Shown here one piece after another: positions 39,267-50,113 of a DNA stretch of 64,000 bases (the stretch's first letter is position 1; each line of letters opens with the position of its first letter). Below the pieces are notes generated by a model. That model searched no databases. It was given only the letters and a program-made list of their open reading frames with translations, and was not told where the DNA came from. Source of the stretch: Bacteroidales bacterium. Lineage in GTDB: Bacteria; Bacteroidota; Bacteroidia; Bacteroidales; VadinHA17. The stretch is taken from positions 23,989 to 87,988 of the forward strand of contig DATKUO010000238.1 of assembly GCA_035530515.1 (NCBI GenBank), in the 5' to 3' direction. The translations under genes were made by a program, and so were the position numbers.

Positions 39267-41060
39267 ATGACCAGTAATGAAAAATTGAAAGTTTGGGTAA
39301 AGGAATGGGCAGATCTATGTCAGCCTGATGCAGTGCATTGGTGCGATGGTTCAGAAGAGGAAAATCAAAGATTACTTGATTTGGTGGTTAAGAGCGGAGC
39401 AGCTATAAAACTTAATGATAAAAAACGTCCCGGTTGTTATTATTTTCAGAGCGATCCCAGTGATGTTGCTCGTGTTGAAAATCGTACTTTCATCTGTTCC
39501 GGGAAGCAGGAAGATGCTGGTCATACAAACAACTGGAAAGATCCCCGGGAGATGAAGACAATTCTTCGCACAAAATATAAGGGTTGCATGAAAGGTCGGA
39601 CATTATATGTTATTCCTTTTAGTATGGGTCCGCTTGGATCAAAAATTGCCCACATAGGAATTGAAATTACTGATTCTCCATATGTGGTTGTTAATATGCG
39701 TATTATGACCCGCATGGGTAAAGCTGTTCTCGATGTTCTGGGTAATGATGATTTTATACCCTGTATGCATTCTGTTGGAGCACCGCTTCAACCGGGTGAA
39801 AAAGATGTAAAATGGCCATGTGCTCCTATTGAGGAAAAATATATCTCACATTTTCCCGATACAAATGAAATATGGTCGTTTGGGAGTGGTTATGGTGGTA
39901 ATGCTCTTCTTGGCAAGAAGTGCCTGGCTTTGCGTATTGCCTCAAACATGGCAAGAAAACAGGGTTGGATGGCAGAACATATGCTAATTATGGGAATTAC
40001 AAATCCGAAGGGTGTTAAGAAATATTTTGCGGCAGCATTCCCCAGTGCTTGCGGTAAGACTAACCTTGCCATGTTAATACCTACTATTCCCGGATGGAAA
40101 GTCGAATGTGTGGGAGATGATATAGCATGGATGAAATTTGGTGCTGATGGCCGTTTATATGCCATCAACCCGGAAGCAGGATTTTTTGGTGTTGCCCCGT
40201 TCACTTCAATGGAGACAAACCCAAATGCTATGCTTTCCTGTAAAGACAATTCTATTTTTACAAATACAGCATTAACTCCCGAGGGAGATATATGGTGGGA
40301 AGGGATCGGTTATGATATTCCTGAGGGCACTATTACCTGGACCGATGAAAAATATGATTCAGCCTCTGGCAAACCTGCTTCACACCCTAATGCCCGTTTT
40401 ACAGCTCCAGCGAAACAATGTCCTGTAATTGACAGCGACTGGGAAAATCCTGCCGGAGTTCCTATTTCAGCTATACTTTTCGGAGGACGCCGACCAGGAA
40501 CTTTACCTATTGTTTACCAGGCTTTCGATTGGAATCATGGTGTATTTGTAGGATCAGTAGTTGGTTCCGAAGTAACAGCTGCTGCAATTGGACTTAAAGC
40601 AGGTGTACGTCGCGACCCGTTTGCTATGGTACCTTTCTGCGGTTATCACATGGGAGACTATTTTGGCCATTGGTTAAAGATCGGAGAAAATGCCCCTGAC
40701 AAATCCAAGCTCCCGAAACTATTCAATGTCAACTGGTTCCGTAAGAATTCCGAAGGGAAATTTCTATGGCCAGGATATGGAGATAATATCCGTGTACTGA
40801 AATGGATATTTGAACGTACCGACAATGCTGATATTGCAAAGGAAACTGCTATTGGTTTTGTTCCGAAGGACGGGAGTATAGATATTTCAGGGTTAAAAGA
40901 CATTACCAACAATATGCCAGAACTGACAAAGGTTGATAAAAACGAGTGGATGGCAGAACTTGAACTGATAGACGAACATTATGCTAAATTTGGTGACAGG
41001 TTACCGGCCGAGATGAAAAGACAACACGAAGGACTTGCAGATCGTTTGAAAAAAGCATAA
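39267..41060 (+). CDS. pckG: phosphoenolpyruvate carboxykinase (GTP)
   Basis: Kinase-1a loop [16 protein letters not shown] and FGGRRP are present. Length is 597 aa. Confidence 0.95.
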   Translation: MTSNEKLKVWVKEWADLCQPDAVHWCDGSEEENQRLLDLVVKSGAAIKLNDKKRPGCYYFQSDPSDVARVENRTFICSGKQEDAGHTNNWKDPREMKTILRTKYKGCMKGRTLYVIPFSMGPLGSKIAHIGIEITDSPYVVVNMRIMTRMGKAVLDVLGNDDFIPCMHSVGAPLQPGEKDVKWPCAPIEEKYISHFPDTNEIWSFGSGYGGNALLGKKCLALRIASNMARKQGWMAEHMLIMGITNPKGVKKYFAAAFPSACGKTNLAMLIPTIPGWKVECVGDDIAWMKFGADGRLYAINPEAGFFGVAPFTSMETNPNAMLSCKDNSIFTNTALTPEGDIWWEGIGYDIPEGTITWTDEKYDSASGKPASHPNARFTAPAKQCPVIDSDWENPAGVPISAILFGGRRPGTLPIVYQAFDWNHGVFVGSVVGSEVTAAAIGLKAGVRRDPFAMVPFCGYHMGDYFGHWLKIGENAPDKSKLPKLFNVNWFRKNSEGKFLWPGYGDNIRVLKWIFERTDNADIAKETAIGFVPKDGSIDISGLKDITNNMPELTKVDKNEWMAELELIDEHYAKFGDRLPAEMKRQHEGLADRLKKA

Positions 41061-41109
41061 GGAGGTAATGCATATCAACCATCTTGTTTTAAAGTAGTAA
41101 TGTTTTGAA

Positions 41110-41745
41110 GTGAATATTTTGAATACTATATTACCATTTGTTCTTGCTTATCTGTTAGGATCAATGCCAACTGCAGTCTGGATAGGGAAAGGGTTTCACA
41201 ACATTGACGTCAGGGAACATGGAAGCGGAAATGCAGGTGCTACTAACGTAATCAGGGTTCTTGGTTGGAAAACCGGAATACCTGTTTTACTTATAGACAT
41301 TGCAAAAGGCTGGCTGGCTACTATGCTGCCACTCTTCTTTTATCTGGCTGAACCAGACAGTACAATGCTAATCAATCTGCAGATAATGACAGGAATAACA
41401 GCCATCGTTGGACATATTTTTCCTGTACTGGCTGGTTTCAGGGGAGGAAAAGGAGTTGCAACTGTTTTCGGGGTTCTACTGGCATTACAGCCCTTGCTTA
41501 CTATTTGTTGTTTCGGCGTCTTCCTAATTGTTCTGTTAATTACAGGTATTGTATCTGTCTCATCTATGGCAGCTGGACTAGCTTTCCCGATATTACTCTT
41601 TTCACTGTTCGGAACCCCTTCTCCAGTATATAAAATTTTTTCAATACTTGTCGCAATTGCCCTTCTTATAACTCACAGGAAAAATATTGGCAGACTTCTC
41701 AGAGGGGAAGAATCCAAATTGATAAAACTTGGCAAGAAAAAATAA
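41110..41745 (+). CDS. plsY: glycerol-3-phosphate acyltransferase PlsY
   Basis: Motifs GSMPTAVWIGK, HGSGNAGATNV and FRGGKGVAT are present. The start codon is GTG. Confidence 0.9.
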   Translation: MNILNTILPFVLAYLLGSMPTAVWIGKGFHNIDVREHGSGNAGATNVIRVLGWKTGIPVLLIDIAKGWLATMLPLFFYLAEPDSTMLINLQIMTGITAIVGHIFPVLAGFRGGKGVATVFGVLLALQPLLTICCFGVFLIVLLITGIVSVSSMAAGLAFPILLFSLFGTPSPVYKIFSILVAIALLITHRKNIGRLLRGEESKLIKLGKKK

Positions 41746-41750
41746 CAGAT

Positions 41751-42323
41751 ATGGAGAAGAGTTTAAAAGGAACACAGACTGGGAAAAATATGTTGGAACT
41801 GATTATCAGCAGGCAGAGTGATAGAAAATACAGCAATAAACAAATAGAAAAAGAAAAGCTTGACAGGATAATTGAAGCTGGCAGAATGGCTCCTTCAGCC
41901 TGTAATGCACAACCATGGAAGATTATCGTTGTTGCTGATCCAGAGCTTATTGTAAAGGTTGCAGAAGCTGCTTCAGCAAAGCTACTAGGGATGAATAGCT
42001 TCGTTGGTCAGGCCCCTGTTCTATTAGTTGTGGTAAGAGAACAGCCGAATATGTCATCTAAAATTGGTGGCACTATCAAGAATAAGGATTATTCCCTTAT
42101 TGATATTGGTATTGCATCGGAAAATATCTGTCTTCAGGCCAAAGCTGAAGACATTGGCTCTTGTATGATTGGATGGTTCGATGAAAAAATGGTCAGGAAG
42201 ATCCTGCATATCCCAAAATCAAAACGTGTTGAGCTGATTATAACATTAGGATATTCACTTAGTGAACAGAGAGAAAAAAAAAGGAAGCCGGCTGAGGTGA
42301 CGGTTTCGTATAATAAATATTAA
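41751..42323 (+). CDS. nitroreductase family protein
   Basis: Motifs RQSDRKYS...MAPSACNAQPWK...ITLGY are present. Confidence 0.75.
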   Translation: MEKSLKGTQTGKNMLELIISRQSDRKYSNKQIEKEKLDRIIEAGRMAPSACNAQPWKIIVVADPELIVKVAEAASAKLLGMNSFVGQAPVLLVVVREQPNMSSKIGGTIKNKDYSLIDIGIASENICLQAKAEDIGSCMIGWFDEKMVRKILHIPKSKRVELIITLGYSLSEQREKKRKPAEVTVSYNKY

Positions 42324-42332
42324 GGTTTACCT

Positions 42333-42346
42333 CCCCTTTAAAGGGG
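42333..42346. repeat. perfect 14-bp palindrome cccctttaaagggg (hairpin) in a convergent intergenic spacer
   Basis: Read directly from the sequence. A related motif cctttagggggaagg recurs at 42398-42412. Confidence 0.7.
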
Positions 42347-42410
42347 GAAGGTTCCTGTATATATATCTGATATACTAATTGTTATGTATTTAATCCACCT
42401 TTAGGGGGAA

Positions 42411-42425
42411 GGCCGTGAAACGGCC
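42411..42425 (-). terminator. hairpin ggccg-tgaaa-cggcc just downstream of the aminotransferase stop (weak U-tract)
   Basis: Read directly from the sequence. It lies 7 nt from the stop at 42432. Its position suggests a terminator, but the U-run is poor. Confidence 0.35.
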
Positions 42426-42431
42426 AGGGGG

Positions 42432-43625
42432 TTAACTTAATCTCTCCAACGCCCCTTTAATTCTCTTAACAGCCTCAATCAGGAGGTCGTCAGAGGTTGC
42501 GTAAGATATCCTAATGCAGGCTGGTGCGCCAAATGCACCTCCTCCTACAACTGCAACCTGTGCTTTATCAAGCAGATAAAGTGCAAGATCATCTGAAGTG
42601 AAAATCCTTTTCTCACCATCAGACTTACCTAAATAATAACTTACATCAGGCATTACATAAAAAGCCCCTTGTGGAATTGTCAGTTTAAGTCCTTTAACCT
42701 CTTTTAGAAGACCACAGATAAGGTCGCGGCGGCGATGAAAAGCCTCTTTCATCTTTTGGTGTGAGTCTCCCGGACCCTCTAATGCTGCAAGAGCAGCGCG
42801 CTGAGCAATTGAAGATACGCCTGAAGTGAATTGTCCCTGTAATTTATTACATGCCTTTGCTATCCAAAGGGGTGCGCCTATATATCCTATCCTCCACCCA
42901 GTCATGGCATAGGCTTTTGAAACACCATTGACAGTGATTACCCTGTCGAAGATAAAATCAAAAGAGGCCATACTTATATGTTCCCCTGAAAATATTATAT
43001 GTTCATAAATCTCATCGGAAATAATGAATAATCCCTCATGCTTTTCGATTATCCTTGCAAGTGCCTCCATTTCGTTTCGATCATAAACCATACCGGTAGG
43101 GTTCGATGGAGAGTTGAAGATAATTAACCTGGTTTTATCTGTTATTGCAGCTTCAAGTTGCTCTGGTCTGACTTTGAATTCATTTTCAAGTATCGCTGAA
43201 ACAACCACCGGTTTTCCACCGGCAATAATGATCTGATCATAATAACTTACCCAGTAAGGAGCAAGAATAATGACCTCTTCACCAGGGTTAACTATAGACA
43301 AAATTACATTAATCAATGAATGCTTACCTCCGGCAGAAACGATTATCTGCTCCGGAGAATAATTGAGACTATTCTCTTCTTTGAATTTTTTCGAAATTGC
43401 AACACGAAGATCTTGATAACCAGGTACGGGAGGGTATTTGGAAAAATTATCATCAATAGCTTTCTTGGCCGCCTCCTTGATGTAATCAGGAGTGTTGAAG
43501 TCTGGTTCTCCGAGGCTCAGGCTGATAATATCTAACCCTTTTGCCTTTAATTCCCTGCTCTTCTGAGCCATGGCAAGGGTTGCTGATTCTGATAATGATT
43601 TAATTAAGTCAGATAAATATTCCAT
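42432..43625 (-). CDS. pyridoxal-phosphate-dependent aminotransferase (aspartate aminotransferase class I)
   Basis: Motifs LSLGEPDF, NSPSNPTG and the PLP-lysine context NGVSKAYAMTGWRIGY are present. Confidence 0.85.
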   Translation of the reverse strand: MEYLSDLIKSLSESATLAMAQKSRELKAKGLDIISLSLGEPDFNTPDYIKEAAKKAIDDNFSKYPPVPGYQDLRVAISKKFKEENSLNYSPEQIIVSAGGKHSLINVILSIVNPGEEVIILAPYWVSYYDQIIIAGGKPVVVSAILENEFKVRPEQLEAAITDKTRLIIFNSPSNPTGMVYDRNEMEALARIIEKHEGLFIISDEIYEHIIFSGEHISMASFDFIFDRVITVNGVSKAYAMTGWRIGYIGAPLWIAKACNKLQGQFTSGVSSIAQRAALAALEGPGDSHQKMKEAFHRRRDLICGLLKEVKGLKLTIPQGAFYVMPDVSYYLGKSDGEKRIFTSDDLALYLLDKAQVAVVGGGAFGAPACIRISYATSDDLLIEAVKRIKGALERLS

Positions 43626-43882
43626 AACTTTAATTATATAGTGACCATATTACGACAAAAAAGACAAAATCAAATGTATGAAGTTATATTGAAAAATAAA
43701 ATAGAATAGAAAATTGTTCAATCATATTTACCAGATTATTATTGATCTTAAATTAATAATTTTATGTCCTCTGTTTTAAACCTTTTCATGTAAATAAACG
43801 TCAAAAGTGAGAAATCAAATCTTTTATTACTTTTGATACTAAAAGATTATAAATCAGGTTTAAATAGTTAAAAGAAATTGCT

Positions 43883-44404
43883 ATGGAAAACTTTTATGAT
43901 ATTCTGAAGATCACCATCCCGGCACTGATTGTGTTTTTTACTGCCTGGGTTCTTCTGAAAAATATGATAAAAAACGATCAGGATAAGAGAAGACAGGAAT
44001 TGATTCTTCAAAACAGCCGTACTGTAACTCCTATCAAATTGCAGGCCTATGAAAGGATCATTCTATTTCTGGAGAGAATATCACTCGAATCACTTTTGGT
44101 TCGAGTCAGCTCCCCTGACATGACTGCGTCCCAGCTACATTCATCTCTTTTGAATACGATCAGGAGTGAGTTTGAACATAACCTTTCACAGCAGATTTAC
44201 ATGAGCCATCAAGCCTGGGAAGTTGTGAGAAACGCCCGCTCCAACATGATCAAAATCATTAACAATGAAGTAGAGAAGATGCCTGCTAAAGCTACAGGTA
44301 TGGCCCTCAGCAAGCAACTTCTGGAAAGGATTATGGAACTTGAGAAGGAACCTACGAGGGCAGCTATTGATTATATTAAAGGAGAGATATCCAGGATGAT
44401 CTGA
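43883..44404 (+). CDS. hypothetical membrane-anchored protein
   Basis: 173-aa ORF with one N-terminal TM helix. No motif was recognised. Confidence 0.45.
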   Translation: MENFYDILKITIPALIVFFTAWVLLKNMIKNDQDKRRQELILQNSRTVTPIKLQAYERIILFLERISLESLLVRVSSPDMTASQLHSSLLNTIRSEFEHNLSQQIYMSHQAWEVVRNARSNMIKIINNEVEKMPAKATGMALSKQLLERIMELEKEPTRAAIDYIKGEISRMI

Positions 44405-44405
44405 G

Positions 44406-46451
44406 CTATAATAACTCCACACTCCTCTTAACAAATACGCTAAGGTCTTCTCCCCGCAGCATATTGTTTGCGAGTAAAGCAAGATCAATAAGTTGTTTAA
44501 CCACATTATGATTAGAACCAAATGACTCAAGGATATCTTTTCTGACATTTTTAATTTCAGATAGTTCCTTACGAAGCTTTTCAAGATCATCCTTCTCCAA
44601 CTGACTTATCTCATCCTCCTTCTTCTTCTTATGCTCCCCTTCCATAAATGCAATTTCCTCCTTTAGTCTGGTTCTGCCAGAATTGTTTTCAGATAGCTTT
44701 GCACCTTCCTGAGCCTGAAGATCCTCAGAAAGTTTTATTACAAGCTGATGGTTTGGATTAACAACAAGATTATAACTATCAGGTAGTTCACCGTAAAAAT
44801 TCATTCCTCCTCCTACTTGTGACATCTCTTTCATCCTACGCATAAACTCTGACTGTGTTATAATAACAGGTGCCTCATTCTCGTCGAGCGTTTCAAAAAC
44901 AACATTATACATCTCTTTGGTTTTTACTCTGACGGTGAAAACACTCTTAAGATCATCTTTTTGCTCTTCAGATAATTTTGATTCACGCGATTCCTCTTTC
45001 TGAATAAGCTTATCAACTACATCTGAATCGACTCTTACAAATCTTGAATCTTTTAATTTTGATTCAAGCTGATTGATAAGGTGAATATCGAGCTGGCCAT
45101 CGAGAAGCAGAACATCATAACCTTTGTTTTTCGCCTTATCTATATAGGTGTATTGATCTGTCTTGTTTGTTGAATAGAGATAAACCAGATTGTTATTTTT
45201 GTCAGTCTGGTTCTCCTTTATGATCTTCTCATACTCTTCAAATGTAAAGTACTTATCATCAGTATTCTTAAAAAGCGCAAACTTCGAAGCTTTATCATAG
45301 AACTTCTCTTCGGATATCATACCATATTCGATAAACAGCTTCAGATCATCCCACTTTTTCTCAAATTCTTCCCTGTTTTTTTTGAAAATATCATTAAGCC
45401 TGTCGGCAACCTTTTTGGTGATATGGCTGGATATCTTCTTTACATTAGAGTCGCTCTGCAGATAACTTCTGGACACATTCAAAGGGATATCAGGTGAATC
45501 AATAACTCCATGCAACAGAGTCAGAAACTCAGGTACAATTCCTTCAACAGAATCTGTAACAAAAACCTGATTGCAGTACAACTGTATCTTATTCTTTTGA
45601 ATCTCAATATTGGTTTTTATCTTCGGGAAGTATAATATTCCTGTCAATTTAAAAGGATAATCAACATTAAGGTGAATATTAAATAATGGATCTTCACCTG
45701 AAGGATAGATCTCCCTGTAAAATTTCATGTAATCCTCATCTTTCAGGTCAGATGGTTTAAGAGTCCATGCAGGTTTTGTGTTATTAATTATATTATCTTT
45801 TCCTGTTTCAACAGATTTACCATCTTTCCATTCCTTCTCTTTTCCGAATGCAATCTCAACCGGTAAAAACTTGCAATATTTTTTAAGAAGCTGTTCAACC
45901 CTGCTCTCCTCAAGAAACTCTTTTGAATCCTTATCTATATATAATATGATATCGGTACCAATATTTTCTTTTTCAACATCTTCAATAGAGAACTCCGGAC
46001 TTCCGTCGCAAGTCCATTTAACGGCCTGTGCTCCATCCTGATAAGATTTGGTTATTACCTCAACCTTATCAGATACCATGAATGAGGAATAAAAACCAAG
46101 ACCAAAGTGGCCTATTATTGCATTTGTCTGGTCTTTATATTTATCGAGAAAATCGTTTGCACTTGAGAAAGCTATCTGGTTCAGGTATTTATCAAGCTCT
46201 TCCCTTGTCATTCCTATACCAAAGTCAGAAACTTTTATTGTTTTTTTCTTTTTGTCAACTGACACATGAATGGTTGTTTCACCTAAATCTCCTTTAAAAT
46301 CTCCAACTGAGGCTATTGTTTTAAGTTTCTGTGTGGCATCTACGGCATTCGAAATCAACTCACGCAGGAATATCTCATGATCAGAATAGAGAAATTTTTT
46401 AATTATCGGGAAAATGTTTTCAGTTGTTACGCCAATCTTTCCGGTTTGCAT
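44406..46451 (-). CDS. htpG: molecular chaperone HtpG (Hsp90)
   Basis: Motifs FLRELISNAVDA and GHFGLGFYSSFMV (GHKL ATPase) are present. Length is 681 aa. Confidence 0.95.
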   Translation of the reverse strand: MQTGKIGVTTENIFPIIKKFLYSDHEIFLRELISNAVDATQKLKTIASVGDFKGDLGETTIHVSVDKKKKTIKVSDFGIGMTREELDKYLNQIAFSSANDFLDKYKDQTNAIIGHFGLGFYSSFMVSDKVEVITKSYQDGAQAVKWTCDGSPEFSIEDVEKENIGTDIILYIDKDSKEFLEESRVEQLLKKYCKFLPVEIAFGKEKEWKDGKSVETGKDNIINNTKPAWTLKPSDLKDEDYMKFYREIYPSGEDPLFNIHLNVDYPFKLTGILYFPKIKTNIEIQKNKIQLYCNQVFVTDSVEGIVPEFLTLLHGVIDSPDIPLNVSRSYLQSDSNVKKISSHITKKVADRLNDIFKKNREEFEKKWDDLKLFIEYGMISEEKFYDKASKFALFKNTDDKYFTFEEYEKIIKENQTDKNNNLVYLYSTNKTDQYTYIDKAKNKGYDVLLLDGQLDIHLINQLESKLKDSRFVRVDSDVVDKLIQKEESRESKLSEEQKDDLKSVFTVRVKTKEMYNVVFETLDENEAPVIITQSEFMRRMKEMSQVGGGMNFYGELPDSYNLVVNPNHQLVIKLSEDLQAQEGAKLSENNSGRTRLKEEIAFMEGEHKKKKEDEISQLEKDDLEKLRKELSEIKNVRKDILESFGSNHNVVKQLIDLALLANNMLRGEDLSVFVKRSVELL

Positions 46452-46610
46452 ATCAAATAGTTTTATCGTTAAACATGAATAATCTGACCAACACTTTCAA
46501 AAGATGTGCCATTAACGTACTACTGACAAATAGTCATTTAATCTGATTCATTCTACGCCAATTTGCAGAATATAACTGCCACCGTGAAGGTCTGAAGAAA
46601 ATTTCTATTT

Positions 46611-47129
46611 TTAGAAATATTGTGGCAGCTTAAAATAAGCAATGAGTAATAACAGAGAAGAGAGTAGAAAAAAGGTCAGCAACACATATAAAGAGAAATT
46701 CCTTCTTTTTCTGAAGATCCGGATATTATGTTCACTAATCAGTTTTTTTACAATATTATGTATACGAAGAATAGCATTGGCATTTTTCGGTATATATGCA
46801 TCAATATTTAACCTTATAGCTTTCTTGATTTCTCCCATTTTCTCAGGCGGGCCAAGGAGAATAAGGCCCGTTAGCGTATCAATTCTTTTAATCTCAATTG
46901 TAATCTCATTAATCATTTCGTACTGCTCTTTTGTGCCATGAGCACCTAGAATTGCAATCTTACAGAAGGGATATTCTTTTTCCTCTTCAAGATGATTAAT
47001 AAACTCCTCTCGTGTAGGAAATGAAAAAACCTTATAACGTGCAGTATCAGTGAACCGCTTCCTAACCTCTTCAGTAAATCCTCTGTGGTCGTCGTAGCAG
47101 ATAAGATGAGTTTTAATAATCTTTGCCAT
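46611..47129 (-). CDS. receiver-like (possibly pseudo-receiver) domain protein with a C-terminal transmembrane anchor
   Basis: The alternating beta/alpha pattern is CheY-like (LICYDDH..., KIAILGAHG, ILLGPP). There is no obvious phospho-acceptor Asp at the end of beta3. The C-terminus LYVLLTFFLLSSLLLLIAYF is a TM helix. Confidence 0.4.
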   Translation of the reverse strand: MAKIIKTHLICYDDHRGFTEEVRKRFTDTARYKVFSFPTREEFINHLEEEKEYPFCKIAILGAHGTKEQYEMINEITIEIKRIDTLTGLILLGPPEKMGEIKKAIRLNIDAYIPKNANAILRIHNIVKKLISEHNIRIFRKRRNFSLYVLLTFFLLSSLLLLIAYFKLPQYF

Positions 47130-47155
47130 AGTACTTTTACAGGTAATAAAGATAC

Positions 47156-47983
47156 CTATTCTTTATTTCTTGCATCAACATTTATGGTCAATTTCCACAA
47201 ACCATTCTCAAAATAGTATGCATCATATGAATAATCAGGGCCATAGTATTGTCGGTCACCCTTCATAGCCGGAGTAAATGGAACCAGGTGGTCAAATACT
47301 ACTGATTTTTCCGAAGAGAATCTTAAAGACATCATTCCGTTAGAAGCATATTCAAAAACATCTCTGAATCTGATCTCATCATCAGCGACAAACCATTTAT
47401 TTCCAAATATTATTGAATCGCCGGGTGTGAAACTTAGAACATCTACTATCTTTCTGGATATAAATGTATTACCATAATCGATTCCTAATAAAACCCACCA
47501 TCTTTTATTATCGCTTATGACAGGCTTAAGGTCATAATACAATGCTCCATACCAGTTTTTTTCAGTATAGATAGTATCAGTTTTTACAGGCTCTTCTTTA
47601 TAATCAGTAGTCAACCTGTAAATTATATTTTTACTACCCTTTCCCGTTTTCCTGATGAAATAGCAAAAATAAAGGCTGGGGCTGTTTCTTAGGACTAAAT
47701 TCCATGTAATGATTTTCAAAAGTGAGTCGGGAGAAGTTATCTGACCCAGATATCGCAGGTTATTGAACCTATGGCTAAAGATTGTATCAGATAGGACATA
47801 ATTGTCAATAATTGATTTGATTGAATCATTGATCCGTATACGGTCATTATCATCGAATTTATTGATTAGCCGTCCGTAAAGTTTCTCAAGTACCTGTGGT
47901 GCATCATTTGTGGTAATCTGCCCAACGGTTGTCTCTGGTAAGAAAAAAATAAATACAATAGTGTATAATAAGATACTTCTCAT
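47156..47983 (-). CDS. hypothetical exported protein
   Basis: Signal peptide MRSILLYTIVFIFFLP. There is a 4-nt overlap with the upstream aminotransferase gene. Confidence 0.5.
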   Translation of the reverse strand: MRSILLYTIVFIFFLPETTVGQITTNDAPQVLEKLYGRLINKFDDNDRIRINDSIKSIIDNYVLSDTIFSHRFNNLRYLGQITSPDSLLKIITWNLVLRNSPSLYFCYFIRKTGKGSKNIIYRLTTDYKEEPVKTDTIYTEKNWYGALYYDLKPVISDNKRWWVLLGIDYGNTFISRKIVDVLSFTPGDSIIFGNKWFVADDEIRFRDVFEYASNGMMSLRFSSEKSVVFDHLVPFTPAMKGDRQYYGPDYSYDAYYFENGLWKLTINVDARNKE

Positions 47984-49185
47984 ATTTTCCCCCCATTATT
48001 CATTGCTTCATCAAGAAGCTTCTTCAGTTGCATGCATGCCTGTAAAATTTCATCTTCGCTGATTATCAATGGAGGAGCTATCCTGAAAGCATCATTACAG
48101 AAGAGAAAATAATCAAGAATCAGGCCATAATCAGGGGCTCTGGCAATAATAAATCTAATATATTCAGAGACAGTCAATTGCACTGCCAGCAAGAGTCCTT
48201 CTCCCCTCACTTCGCTAATAAGAGGATGGACGAGCTCCTTTTTAAACAGTTTAGATTTAGAGTTACATGATTCAACAAGATCCTCTTCTATAATTACATT
48301 AAGTGAGGCCAGGCCTGCTGCGCAACAGACCGGATGACCGCCGAATGTTGTTATATGTCCCAAAGGTGGGTTTGAGGATAATGATGACATGATTTCATTT
48401 GAAGAGATAAATGCACCTAATGGCATACCTCCGCCCAAAGCTTTTGCAAGAAGAAGAATATCGGGAACAATACTAAAACGGTCAATTGCGAACATCGAGC
48501 CTATACGGCCAAAACCAGTCTGGATCTCATCAAATATAAGCAAGGCTCCTGTTCTTTCACATCTTTCTTTTATCTTTCCCAGGAAACCATTTTCAGGATA
48601 GATTACCCCGGCCTCGCCCTGTACAGGTTCCACAATTACACATGCTGTTTTATTATCGATCGAATTGAGGGATTTCTCGTCGTTGAAATCAATCTGGAAA
48701 GTATCAGGTAATAAAGGTCTGAAAGCATTCCTGTATAGTTCACTTCCCTGTATACTTAATGCTCCGTGAGTACTACCATGATATGAGTTATTGAAAGAGA
48801 TTATCCGGCTTTTGCGAGTATATCTTTTCGCTAGTTTTAATGCGCCTTCAACTGCTTCGCTGCCGGAGTTAACAAAATAACAGGAATGCAACTGCGGAGG
48901 AAGAATTTGTAAGAGGCGTTCAGCATATTTCACCTGAGGACTCTGAATAATCTCCCCATATACCATAAGATGCATATACATATCAACCTGATTCTTAACT
49001 GCTTCTATCACTTTCGGATGACTGTGACCGGTGTTTGATACCGATACTCCTGAGATCAGATCGAGGTATTTTTCGCCATTCGGGCCATACATAAATACCC
49101 CATCAGCCCTTACAATTTCAACCATCATGGGCGCTACAGATGTTTGTCCAAGATGGAGGAGGAAAAGTTGACGGTTAGTAAGCAT
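47980..49185 (-). CDS. class-III (acetylornithine/GABA-type) PLP aminotransferase
   Basis: Motifs NSGSEAVEGALKLAK, DEIQTGFGRIG and LLAKALGGGMPLGA are present. Confidence 0.8.
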   Translation of the reverse strand: MLTNRQLFLLHLGQTSVAPMMVEIVRADGVFMYGPNGEKYLDLISGVSVSNTGHSHPKVIEAVKNQVDMYMHLMVYGEIIQSPQVKYAERLLQILPPQLHSCYFVNSGSEAVEGALKLAKRYTRKSRIISFNNSYHGSTHGALSIQGSELYRNAFRPLLPDTFQIDFNDEKSLNSIDNKTACVIVEPVQGEAGVIYPENGFLGKIKERCERTGALLIFDEIQTGFGRIGSMFAIDRFSIVPDILLLAKALGGGMPLGAFISSNEIMSSLSSNPPLGHITTFGGHPVCCAAGLASLNVIIEEDLVESCNSKSKLFKKELVHPLISEVRGEGLLLAVQLTVSEYIRFIIARAPDYGLILDYFLFCNDAFRIAPPLIISEDEILQACMQLKKLLDEAMNNGGKI

Positions 49186-49200
49186 GAGAAGATGTAGAAA

Positions 49201-49908
49201 TTATCTGGCCATAACGTTAATATCATTCAAAAGAGAATCCCTGAATGATTTACCAACAGGTATACTTTTCTGAGAACCTCCTACATTAAGATCAAGAGCG
49301 TTCTCTTTTATTGCTTGTATCATACTCTTGTTAATGATAAATGACCTGTGTACCCTGATGAAAATCCCGGAAGGTAATTGGCTTTCAATGGCTTTCATTG
49401 TAAAATGGATAGTAAATTTATCATCATTTGTATTCAGGGTAACATAATTTTCAAGAGCTTCGATATAGATAATATTACTAAGTCTTAGCTTCACCAGCGA
49501 TGATCCTTTTTTAATGAAAATTTCTTCATCTCCGGTACTATTTGGTTCTTTGCGTGCAAAGTACCTTACAGTCTTATCAATAGCCTTACAGAAGCGCCCA
49601 TAAGTAACGGGTTTGAGCAAATAATCAACCACATTAAAGTCGAAAGCTTTCAGTGCAAATTCTTCAGCTGATGATACAATAATAATATTTAGTGGAAAGT
49701 CGAGACTGCCTATAAAATCAAATCCATTCATTTCAGGCATCATGATATCAAGAATTATCAAGTCGATATCGTGGCGTTTGGTAAGAATATTCCTTGCTTC
49801 AATTGAGTCACTGAAACAACCTGCCAGATTAAGGGAGGAAGATTTATTGACAAATCCTTCCAGCAATTTGCAACTCAGTTTGTCATCATCAACTATTATA
49901 CAATTCAT
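49201..49908 (-). CDS. LytTR-family response regulator
   Basis: REC domain (MNCIIVDDD, DLIILDIMMP) plus LytTR domain (FIRVHRSFIINKS). Confidence 0.85.
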   Translation of the reverse strand: MNCIIVDDDKLSCKLLEGFVNKSSSLNLAGCFSDSIEARNILTKRHDIDLIILDIMMPEMNGFDFIGSLDFPLNIIIVSSAEEFALKAFDFNVVDYLLKPVTYGRFCKAIDKTVRYFARKEPNSTGDEEIFIKKGSSLVKLRLSNIIYIEALENYVTLNTNDDKFTIHFTMKAIESQLPSGIFIRVHRSFIINKSMIQAIKENALDLNVGGSQKSIPVGKSFRDSLLNDINVMAR

Positions 49909-50061
49909 ATAATACAGTCTAGGCAGGGAATTTCACAATCAAAAATAGTAAAAAACATTCACAGTTTTTTAACATTTTAAATAAAGTTGAATTTCTTTTC
50001 CAAATTTATATGATAATAGTAGAATTTATTTTAATAATCACTTATGCTCAGGGGATAATAA

Positions 50062-50092
50062 AATAAAAAAAAAGGGTGTTTTCACACCCCTT
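50062..50092 (-). terminator. rho-independent terminator of the HU gene
   Basis: On the minus strand, gggtgt-gaaa-acaccc is followed by a T9 run, 22 nt after the stop. Confidence 0.7.
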
Positions 50093-50113
50093 TGCAATCT
50101 CAATAAATTAAGA

